Of a DNA stretch of 64,000 bases, positions 53,429 through 64,000 are shown piece by piece. Location of the stretch: the NCBI GenBank assembly GCA_951406725.2, contig OX597826.1:81840001-81904000 (forward strand). The letters run 5' to 3'. A program made the position numbers and the translations under genes. The notes below the pieces were generated by a model. It was not told the origin of the DNA. It saw only the letters and a list, made by a program, of their open reading frames with translations, and searched no databases. This DNA is from Octopus vulgaris. Taxonomy: Eukaryota. How positions within the stretch are numbered: the first letter of the stretch is position 1; each line of letters begins with the position of its first letter.

Positions 53429-53430
53429 GA
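50990..53430 (+). mobile_element. Dong/R4-clade non-LTR retrotransposon, ~2.4 kb, 5'-truncated and disabled (RT, CCHC, RLE)
   Basis: NWKVPGHDKIPNFWLK, NYRPITCLPTMYK, EEQKGC, WIDYRKAFDSIPH, GIFQGDTLS, HLLYMDEL, YKYLGI, GGRGL, AAQDQ, CRICG..ETINHIISGC, RPDIVV..IDVSIP..KLSKY.DL. Several stops and frameshifts; (TAA)n on both sides. Confidence 0.95.
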
Positions 53431-53447
53431 AGAAGAAGAAGAAGAAG

Positions 53448-54062
53448 CAAAGCCCGAAATTGGCATAACGCGTATACAAAAGACGCCATGACAATTTTTG
53501 AAAGAATGATCCATTGAGAGCTCTGTGGAAAATGGGCCTACAAAGAGTAAAGACGTGGCATGAGCAAACTCCAGAAGGAGTCACCGAAAATGAGAATTGC
53601 TAAATCCTGTGGGATGCAATGATCCAGTGCAATCACCCAACCAGACACTGGAAACCGGACATTGTTGTGGGGAATAAAAAAGAAAGAACATGTATAATAA
53701 TCGACATAGCTTGCCCGGGTGACAACAGAATCAGTGTGAAAAAATAAAAAATAAACAACTATGACGATTTGAAGTGAGAAATAGGAAGGTTGTGGTCAAT
53801 GAAGAGAGAAGACGTGATGCCAATAGTAATTGGTGCACTTGGAAGTATCAGCACTCAGCTACCAACATGGCTGAAAAAGATCGGTGCCAAAGTGAAAGCA
53901 GAACGCCTAGAAAGATCAGTATTGCTTGTAACTATAAGAATTCTTCGCAGGGTTCTTGAAGCATGACCAGTCAAGAAGTGTGACCTTAATCTGCTGGCTG
54001 TGGACAGCTGACACTTTCCATCATACCCAGCAAAATAAGCTGGGAGTTTTCATAAAATAATA
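53448..54062 (+). mobile_element. Dong/R4 3' fragment of another family
   Basis: PKLA*RVYKRRHDN, WHEQTPEGVTENENC*ILWDAMIQC, KPDIVV..IIDIACPGD, VMPIVIGALG, ILRRVLEA*. Confidence 0.88.
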
Positions 54063-56158
54063 ATCCTTCCTGCTAAAGGCACAAAACATGAAATGTTGGG
54101 GAGAGAGTTTGTCGATCACATCGACAACGGTGCTCAACTGCCATTAATTTCATAGACTCTGAAAAAAAGCAAAATTGACCTCCGCGGAATAATGTCTTGC
54201 ATTGAGTCTGTATAACAAAACTGTAGAGAAGTTGTACGCAGGGAATGGAATAAAAAAAACACACCCCTGTATACCCTTTTCTTTATGATTTCCAGTGTAC
54301 CCATACCAAAAACCCCCCCACAGTATTTGAACTCAGAGCATAAAAGTACCATTGAATACTTTTTCAAATGAAATCGTCTAAAAGGACGTAGAAAACTGAA
54401 ACAATTTAAACACAACCATATTTAATGAAATTAGAACTTCTCCGAATTACAAGCCGATCAGTGCCAACACAAATATTAGGTTCCTTCCAAAGTTAAATTA
54501 TTCCTTCCATGACTGTTTGTTGTTAACATACTTCATTATTGATTTCTATATATATTTTCATTTCAATATGTCGCCAAGCTACACGTAGTAGAAGCGCAGG
54601 GAATAATTTCCCTGCCTTCCGTTCGTCGTAATATTTCAGCATTGAAAAGCTTAAGGTTAAACATTCTAATAATCTCAAACAGTTATTCTTTTCTATTTCT
54701 TTATGCAGACAAGTCTGTTGCTAGTAAAACTAATTGTGTTTAGTGTCGCCTACGTCTATTGATTTATGTCTTATCGTAGGAATAATCATCCAACATGTTA
54801 TTTATTTATTTGTACAATCATTTTTGATGGTTTTTCAAAACACCAGGATATATTTTCGATTCGATATCTGAAACGAGAATTCTCAGAATGTACAGTTCTA
54901 ACATGACTTTATTTTTTATTTTTATTCCATTTCCTTCGAAGGAAATTCTAACGATTGCCGATAGAAACTTTAAGCGCTTGAAATATCTTGTATATCAACA
55001 TTTAAAATTGTTAGGTCAAGTAACGCAGTCGAGCAGCATATCGAGTTAAAACGTCCTCTAGAGTCCTCTACTATTTCCTTGAATTAGAAAATACGATGCA
55101 AGCATTTGCAGCGATTGCATTTCGAGTAAATGGAAGCAGAGGAAAGCAAAATTCTGAGAGACTAAATTTTATAAAAATTCTTCACATAAAAAGAAGAAAA
55201 TCACTAAAAATCCTTCATCGTATTTACAACATTAATAATCTCCTTTATAGAACAATTCCATTTTGGAGTAAATAGGACATCCAGTAACTGACTGACATTT
55301 GCAACGACCTCGTTTCATGATCGCGTTCATTGTATGGCACCTTGGGTTAGTGTTGTCGGCTACAGCTTTGGGTTGAACAATGCCTTGTAAATGGAATTTG
55401 CTAGATGTAAATCTGTCGTGTCTGTGTGTGTGTGTGAGAGACAGAGAGAGAGGGGGAGATTATGAGTGTGTGCCTGTTTGTCTATACACACAGTCATCTA
55501 CTGGCGTTCTATTGATGAGAAACTTGAATATTCACTACCTGTATTGAATCCTTTCCTAGGTAAATATTTCTTGTAAATTATCTCCTCGGCCTCCATCTCG
55601 CACAGACATTTATAGATTAACTCAGCTCCACGTTACGTAAAGTTCTTTTGATATAGAAGGGCATCAACATCTCCCATACTCGTAACTTACGTAAGAAGAA
55701 TTTAAAGGCGGGTTTTAATTGAGAATGTCTGAGCGGCAAAGGCCGCTGATTGACCACAGTGAAATTAATTCTCTTTTATGTATATCTGACCAACGTTGTT
55801 CATCTTCACGAGGCTAAAGTGGCGCCGTTCTGGCATGTCACCTGACGCCAACACGTAGAACGCCAGTCGCAGATGTTGCCGAAACCTCAAATCTTACAGG
55901 CTGCCGATTACCTGATGCCCATCGAATATCTCGCCTAGAGAGAAACATACATATATATTTGCGGGTATCGATTTTTTATTGAACTTTTCAAGTCACCAGT
56001 ACTAATCGATTGCGGATCAGATATTAGAAACCGTTTTTCATTCCGTAGCACTAAGGATAAAATCGAAATTCTGCGACTACGAATCTCTAAGAAATGCGAA
56101 GCTGAGTCAGTCATTATTAAATACAACGATAACCGTGCTGGCTGGCTGGCTGGCTGGC

Positions 56159-56190
<32 letters not shown>

Positions 56191-56199
56191 TAGATACAC

Positions 56200-56248
<49 letters not shown>

Positions 56249-56275
56249 CATACATTCATGCGTACGTATGTATTA

Positions 56276-56470
56276 GGGGGCACGGCCGAGTGACTAGGGT
56301 GTTGCACTCGCGATCGTTAGATCGTGGGTTCAATTCTCGAACCAGACTGTCCGTTGTGCTCCTGAGCAAGACAGTTCCTTTCATATTACTCTAAGTTCAC
56401 TCAGTTGCGAGTGAGTAACCCTGCGACGGGCTAGTCCTCCGGTCAGTGGACTGGGGATCCGCTCGCCTGG
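56276..56470 (+). mobile_element. tRNA-derived SINE family C
   Basis: Head with B box gggttcaattc and core ctgagcaagac..taaccctgcgacgggctag. Confidence 0.65.
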
Positions 56471-56619
56471 TCAGCGAGGTATAATTACATCTGATAGTTT
56501 GGTTGATCATGTGATCACTTGGTATACGTGCATATATGTGTATGTATATACGCATGTGTGTGTGTGTGTAGGCCTGCATGTTCGTGCATGTAAAATATTG
56601 GATTGCGTTCACTTTTTGA

Positions 56620-57110
56620 CAAACTCGCGCAGACGCTGTCTACAGCTGTATCCACTCCTCTCACATATTTACAATCCATCCAGACATCATTCTACCCACT
56701 TCTTTTACAGGTTCCATGTACCTCATGCTTGATAGATATTTTCCTTTTGAAAATTCAGTTTTTTTTCCCACAAAGAAATATCTATTCCATGCTGCCCGCT
56801 TCCATAACTTAATCAAAATACTTTAATAAATATCTCACACGTCAACCTTGCCAAGTCCTCCAAGTTTCCATCGCTGCTTCATCATTCATCGTATTCTCTT
56901 TTTCGTCCACAATAATTTCAGTTATCTTTTCCAGCAACACATTTCCAATACATTAAATTCTCTTCGAACTTGTTTGTTAATTGTGCAACTTTTACATGCT
57001 TATCTTATTGATTGGATTTAGCTTTGATTTTAACAATCTCACCTTTGGTCTTTGAAACATTTTTATTCTGCATAATTTTCTGAACTTCCATCGCGGAAGT
57101 CTCTTTTCGT
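56620..57110 (-). mobile_element. Ancient RTE (BovB-like) 3' remnant
   Basis: FNVLEMCCWKR*LKLLWTKKR (compare AFEMWCWRRMLRIPWT.KR), then LKYFD*VM..SME*. Confidence 0.55.
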
Positions 57111-59339
57111 TTAATTTCATTTTAGCTTTTCCGCGTCTCGCAAATCTTTGATCCAAAGAATAACTAATCCACTATATATAAGCCTGTGTCTGTGTTTGTC
57201 TATATGCGGGTGCGCACACACACACACACACAGACATACACACACGCAAACACATGCACACACGCAAACAAACACACACAACACACATAGACGCACGCTC
57301 ACACACAGGAATATATGTCATGTGTATTAATGTTTGTATATATATATGAAAGATTGATAGGAAGAGACAGCGAGAGGGAGAGAATTGATTAGGGAATATC
57401 ATTTCAACTGGAAACCAACGAGATTTATGACCGATGAAAAAGAGAAATTATATTGATTTCTAGCAACAACACATTGACCAACCCCGCCATAACGATTACT
57501 ATAACCACCACCAGTCACTAGCAAAACCACAGCCGCCATCGTGATTATTAACACATCAATAACAACAAAAAACATTTTCTTACATCTTGTCACGTAGGTC
57601 TAATATGAGCTCATTTCTTATGATTATTCTCTTTCGCTGACCATAAACGCCGCTGCCGCCGCCCGCTCTTATTGTCTCTACCTTTTGTTGATGCTGTTGT
57701 TTGTGACTTTTTTTTAGGTTTTATTAGGTATCAGAGATGATCAATAACTTTGGTAGGAGTCTTCCCATTTCGTTTTTTTTACGACAGTTCGCTGGTCACT
57801 GTGTCGAGTCTGACACACAGCGCTTACCTGTGGCTCTACAGACTGCGGGGGAAAACGTTTTTGCAGGCTACGTAAACCGAGTGTAATCAACGAGCCTTAA
57901 TTCCTTAGTGAAATTCTTTAAGGACTTGTTACTATGTTCATGTGAAGCCATGACATACAGTGAACTGTGCAAAGATAAGTCAACCATAAATGGGCAGGCG
58001 TCAACAGCCAGAAAGACGAGGCACACTATAATCCCCATTCATATCGGCTTACCTGGACCCGATCCAAGAAATTCAGACATAACAGTGCAATAACGCTCGT
58101 CCAACACACCTTTCCTTATAATCCAACGCAAGTCGAGAGTTGAATGTCTTGCAACTACATATAGCGAATCTTTACTTCGCTGCCATTCATGCCTGCAACA
58201 TTGAAAAACTGCTGCTTCTCTCGCTTGGTTTGGTTATGTGGACACTCCTAACATGAAGAGAAAAGAGCATTCGAGGATTTTCCAGTCAAGTAGTATGGCC
58301 GACTATTTCGTAGCTGATGTTCTTTAGAATGTAAGTGGGTCATCTTCGAAAATGAAGGACAAACTAAACTCTGGCAATTGTTCTGATGAGGTTGCAGCGT
58401 TGTTGTTGTTGTCGTGTTGTTGTTGTAAGATTATGTGTGGTTCATACTTTCTATGTTGCTCTTTGCGATAGGCTTTCATTATTGTTGTTGATGTTGCTGG
58501 TCATTCTTGTTGTTATTGTACGCGATATCATTGTTGGTTTATTTGTTGCTGTTAACGTTTCTCCGGTTGTTGTTGTTGTTGTTATTGTTTTTTGCCCGTT
58601 TACTTGTTTTACTATTGTTGTTATTGTTCGTGCGCTTAGCGTTCTTAGTGCTGCAGTCGTCGAGTGGTGAGTGTTCCTGTGGTAATTGTTATTATGGTTA
58701 TTGTTCCTAGAGTAGTTTATATTAACGCCACCATTGCTGCTGCTGCTGCTGCTGCTATTCTTGTTGTTGCGGTTATTTCACTTGTTCTTGGTGGTCTTAT
58801 CTCTCGGTTAATGCTTTGATTGGTTTCTTACGATGAATAAAAGAAAACCTCAGGAATATAAATGCAAATGTAGCCATGGCTCAGGCAAAGAGAAAAAAAA
58901 AATGTTGCAGCAACGATGAAAGTATTGCTCTCAGTATTTGTATAAATGTATGTGAGTTCGTCACGTGTGTGTGTGCGTGTGTGTGTGTGTGTGTGTGCGT
59001 GTGTGTGTGTGTCTATTTGAAAAACGTATGAAATTATATTCTTGTATGTACGTTTATGAGTATTTATACAAATAGAGGAAATCGATAAACATACAAATCT
59101 TACAAACAAACACGATAAATATATTGTGCATGTCTATGTGTGTGTGTATATATTTGTGCGTGTGGGTTCGTATGGGTAGCACACAGTTTGTAACCATGTA
59201 CAGTCTCCAAAGAATCAAAAACATTCGAGTGGAGATCACTTAAGACGTTTTACGCCTTATCTGCCGCCACATTTAAGGTTTTAAACCAAATATAGAGACA
59301 AAATACTAAAATCACTAACACAACAAAAGGATTCAAATA

Positions 59340-59524
59340 CACACACACATATGTATATATATATATATACACACACATGTATATATACACATACATGCGT
59401 GTGTATATATATATATATATACATACATATGTAAATATGCATATATATATATACATGTGTGTGTGTGCATATATATATGCGTGTGTATATATATATGTGT
59501 ATATATATATTTATATGTATATAC

Positions 59525-59566
<42 letters not shown>

Positions 59567-59605
59567 GTGTGTGTGTGCATATATATATGCGTGTGTATAT
59601 ATATA

Positions 59606-59651
<46 letters not shown>

Positions 59652-59676
59652 CATACATATATATATATATATATAC
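59340..59676. repeat. Compound (TA/CA/TG) microsatellite with an internal block duplication
   Basis: tacatgtgtgtgtgtgcatatatatatgcgtgtgtatatatatatgtg occurs twice. Confidence 0.85.
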
Positions 59677-59864
59677 GTGTCTTCATGGGGTTAAAAACAA
59701 CAGTAACACCGTCATTTTTAGCCCTAGGAAGACACACACACACAGACAAACATATGTCTTCCTGGGGCTAAAAACAGTAACACCGTCCTCTATAGCACCA
59801 CCACATTTAATTGGCAAATATATTTTACAATTCCGTACTGTTACTGTTTATCTCTCGCTCAGAG

Positions 59865-59904
<40 letters not shown>

Positions 59905-60384
59905 GAAATGAGGTACTCAGAAATGCGGATGGTTTTATATTTACAGATATTCATTTGTATATTACATGTTTTTATACATCATATATTATATATCATATAT
60001 CAGCGCTTTCGTCCATTCTAGTGGAGTTTTCAAATTGAACTAAGTTCTTGGGGAAAATTTGACTATTTTTATGGTGTTCTTGAGTGTGTAGTGGTGGGGA
60101 GGGATATAAGATAGTACAAGAGGGTGATGTACTCTCTTATATCCCTCCCCACCACAGAGGCACAGACACACACTCAAACACGCACGTACACGCACACACA
60201 AACACGCACGCGCACACGCACATACACCGTGCTTTAGTGATTGATATAATATTGTGACTGAGTCGTTCATATTCAGACGTGTCTTTATAATCAACAGACG
60301 AATAAAATCTTGATCTAACGCTTCAACATCAGTGATGTGTCGTTGATGTTTGAGGTTAATGTAAGGATTGAGTTATTGTCTAAT

Positions 60385-60607
60385 TTATTTCTTTACTACC
60401 CACAAGGGGCTAAACACAGAGAGGACAAACAAGGACAGACAAACGGATTAAGTCGATTATATCGACCCCAGTGCATAACTGGTACTTAATTTATCGATGA
60501 AAGGCAAAGTCGACCTCGGCGGAATTTGAACTCAGACCGTAACAGCAGACGAAATATACGGCTACGCATTTCGCCCGGCGCGCTAACGTTTCTGCCAGCT
60601 CGCCGCC
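60385..60607 (-). mobile_element. tRNA-derived SINE family B, near full length; older copies at 62550-62745, 54060-54230 and 30190-30335
   Basis: Head GGCGGCGAGCTGGCAGAAACGTTAGC, B box GAGTTCAAATTCC, body gtcgactttgcctttcat..taagtaccagt. Confidence 0.85.
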
Positions 60608-60922
60608 AATATTAATTGCCTATTGACATGTCAAAACCCCTGAATATAACACAACCTACACAGCCCAAACACTAAACAAGCGTCTTTAAACACTTAATCT
60701 CAATTTACACAATACATATATAACACGTTCAGATTTTCCTGTTCTGTTGTATTTATTCCCCGTAATGAAATGGGTAAATATCAAAACGAAGGCCATAAAC
60801 AGGCGAAGAAACCGCACCAGACTGTTGAACGCGACTCTGATTCTCTCCAGTAATGCCGCACGGCCTTCATTAAAACAGATCGCATGAAACTTTGGCAAAC
60901 ACGCTGGCAAATAATAATAATG

Positions 60923-60976
<54 letters not shown>

Positions 60977-63713
60977 TAAATCATAATCTATGTATACCTA
61001 TAAGTTGGTGAATGAAATTATGTTTTAAAAATCATCTTTGTGAAAGCAATATTTTCTTTTGGGAAAATTTTTTGCAAATTCAAAATAAATCCAGTAAATA
61101 TGTCTGGAGAAAAAAAGGTGAAATGTACACGTAGAAAGAAATTGAATATTGATATCAATAAAAAATTCTTTAACACCAACATAAAAAACTTTTGTAATCA
61201 TTTTTGTTTTTGGAAATATTTTCTTTCCTTCATTTGAATGAATCTGCACATCTCATCGTTTCTACGGACACAAACTGATGCGCAGATGTGTACGCTCGAA
61301 ACTTACAGAGATATTCCAGTACAGGCAGGTTTTGGCAATTAAAATCCTTCGGACAAACATAGAAATACATACTAATATTACTAAAACACAGAAACAAAGG
61401 AGTCTCAGAAAATGAAACTGTAGTGAAGACCTCTATTTCAACTCTAATTTTCTGTAGTTTTTTGTGGAGGCAGAATGCGTTGAGGTGATTGGTGTTAGGA
61501 CTGTTGTAGCATCGATCGATGACTTCGATCACCAGCAGTTGTTGCTCTCTTGGAATCTCTGTTAGAACGGGAATTTTGTCAAGTGTCTCAGCTTACACAA
61601 GAATCAGAATCTCCCCCACTCCCTATTTTCTCTTCGGAACCTTTATATCCCTAGCAGCGTTCTAGGGTCTTTTAAACTCGTCACAGTTCCCCAGTCACCA
61701 CTAGTCTTAATGGTGGTGTATTTTAATCGGATCCCTTTCTGTTCCAGGTAGGTTGGCATTAGATTAAAACCTTTACTGTACTGCTTCTCAGTTAGGGTTT
61801 CTGCCGAAACGCCAGGAAAGCATCTCCAACGTATCTGAATTTATGGGCCTGTCCCACAAAAGGAATGCATTGCGTTATGTTTTTTCTAAACATAGTTCAC
61901 CTTGGTCTGAAGCAATACATTCTAATCTGTGTCTTTTCGTTGATAATCATTCATACAGAATTGTTATCCTTCTGCTTTGTAGAAAAGTCGTTGTCCATAT
62001 TAAGCATCCCTTTGTTTTTCTCCGCCACTCTTAAATGGCGGTTTTATCTGTGCTTCTGCAGTTTGCGCCTATCGCTTTGTATTGACAAAACTACAGAATC
62101 AAACTGACTTTTAGTTGCTTCTTTGTTTGACATTGCATTGTTCTTAATGTTACTAGTGTTGTGATATTGTGCTTGTTATAGCTGTTATCTATACTGATAC
62201 TAGTTTTATTTTCTGTTAAGTCTGTTGTATTGTTTGGTGGGAGATGGCCGCGAAAGAGGGTCTCATCTTCAAAATATTCCTCACAGACTGCTGGCAGGAC
62301 GGCAAATATGACACCATTTTGAACATTGATTCTTTCGCTTCGAAAAATTTTCCTTCCATTCAAAGTTTGCCTCGTAAGGCAAGTAACCAGAACAGCTACT
62401 AATCCTACCTAGGACTTCCAAAAAGGAAAGCAAGATACAAACTCACTGAGCTTCACAAATACGTTCAGTTTAGGTGATAATAACTACAACAACACAACAG
62501 TAACATGAAAACAACAACAATAATGATTATGATAATAACAACCGTTTCTTATCATGGCACAATACCAGTAATATTAAGAAGTGGCAAACCGATTACATCA
62601 ACCCCAGTGCTTAAAAGATATTTTATCGACCCCGAAATGATGCCCCGCAATGACGACCTTGGCGGAATTTGAACTCAGAATAAGTCGGACGAAACATCGC
62701 TAAACATCTTGTTAGGCTTGCTAACAATTCTGCCAGCTCACCGCTGTAATAATCATAATTATAAAGGTAAAAATAATAATATTAACAGCAACAAAAACAA
62801 CTACAACAATAATGATTTAAACTTTTTGGACAATTAAATTCAAACAGAAATTATGAATCCAATCAGATGTGAAATTAAGTTTTGAGAACTTAAAAAACAA
62901 TGGTTTTAAACAATTTTTGAAATATAGATCGATTACTGAATATAATATCTATCATTATTTCAAGCAATGGTTTTCGTACAATCGTCATTTAGCGAAATAG
63001 TTCATCATTACAAAGTGTTCCATGTGGAACTGAGAGGGACATTGTTTTAATATATTTATGGTTAGTTCATTCTTCTTTCCTTTTTTTTTTTTGTTTTTAT
63101 AAAGAAACGCTTTAAAGAATTCTACACAAAAGGAATCAGTTAAGAAGGGAGTAATTGAAATTTAATGAGGTCAGTTCCTCAAATCCTCTTTTCTATTGGA
63201 TTAACTCTTTAATCGTTTTCTATTGTTATTTCTCTTATCAAGATTGAGTTTCTGATCACCAAGATCAAAACAAGTCTTTTATTATTCCAGTAGATAAACC
63301 ATAAGGTTTTGTAGTGCGTACGCATGCACGCACGTTCACACGCTGTTTATCACGATTTTCGGTTTCATATTTTAGTTGTTCCTCTCATTGGTCTATAGCC
63401 ATTGTGGGGTACCGCCAAGACGGGGGTACCCCACAAATTAATCATATCTACAACAATACTTATTTTACGTCAGTTACTGTAAAGGCATATTTTGCCGGAC
63501 TGCTAAGTTACAGCCACGACTATTTGTGAAACCCTGAGAGACAAACAAACACACACACAGGCAAATATACACACACATACATACATACATACATGATCAA
63601 ATATATGTATGTATATATAAATATGTCTGTCTATCTACCAGTACATCTTTATATGTGTGAATGTGTACAAATGAGTAACAGTAGAGGTACAGGCATCTAT
63701 TTTTATATATATA

Positions 63714-63889
63714 CAATAATCCCTCGCCATATCGCGAATTTTTCTGGCTGATATATGTAAATTTATATCGCGGACTCCTCAGTATATCCGGGCTGCTGCG
63801 GCCGATAGGCATTTATTGTATTGTTGGATTCTAATTATTTCTGTGGGAAGTTTTGGAACGTAACACCCGCGATAGTCGAGGGATTGCAG
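63714..63889. mobile_element. Tigger/pogo-type MITE
   Basis: TA|CAATAATCCCTCGCCATATCGCG ... CGCGATAGTCGAGGGATTGCAG: imperfect ~23-bp TIRs of the CAGT..CCCTC type. Confidence 0.75.
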
Positions 63890-63932
63890 CATATACACAT
63901 AAATATCTATAACAAAGTGAAGTTGTAAGGTA

Positions 63933-63991
<59 letters not shown>

Positions 63992-64000
63992 ATAATAAAA

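Noticed and set aside
58386-58800. Hydrophobic ORFs resembling transmembrane proteins (also 1366-1617)
   Set aside because: They derive from degenerate (GTT)n and (GCT)n trinucleotide repeats.
61230-61830. Possible LINE 5' UTR/ORF1 remnant on the minus strand
   Set aside because: Only a vague resemblance, with no diagnostic motif I can support.

Overview
AT-rich, microsatellite-saturated animal DNA. The SINE and LINE families look octopod or cephalopod; this is recognition, not a database result. Most of the window is intron or upstream sequence of one minus-strand gene encoding a secreted or extracellular CUB-domain protein. Three phase-compatible exons (11847-11943, 8285-8409, 1853-2005) build a complete four-Cys CUB domain. 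Two further exons (18454-18533, signal-peptide-like; 12841-12956) chain onto it in frame, and the gene probably continues past the left edge. The rest is decayed mobile DNA: Chapaev3-like and piggyBac transposase relics, hAT/mariner/Tigger-type MITEs, a HERO-like LINE, RTE pieces, a chain of Dong/R4 LINEs in (TAA)n, a Penelope-like element (PLE) and many tRNA-derived SINEs. Two signals stand out. (1) Several unrelated short repeats carry minimal type-I hammerhead-ribozyme folds. One has a U3-A8 covariant core at the apex of a ~144-nt rod hairpin behind the PLE RT, one lies inside a tRNA-headed SINE, and one family conserves an A6U core. Together they suggest a population of ribozyme-bearing non-autonomous retroelements, mostly inserted at (TA)n. 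(2) About six local fold-back palindromes sit in or at the junctions of retroelements. Almost all ORFs in the supplied track are microsatellite artefacts. All folds and alignments were done by eye.
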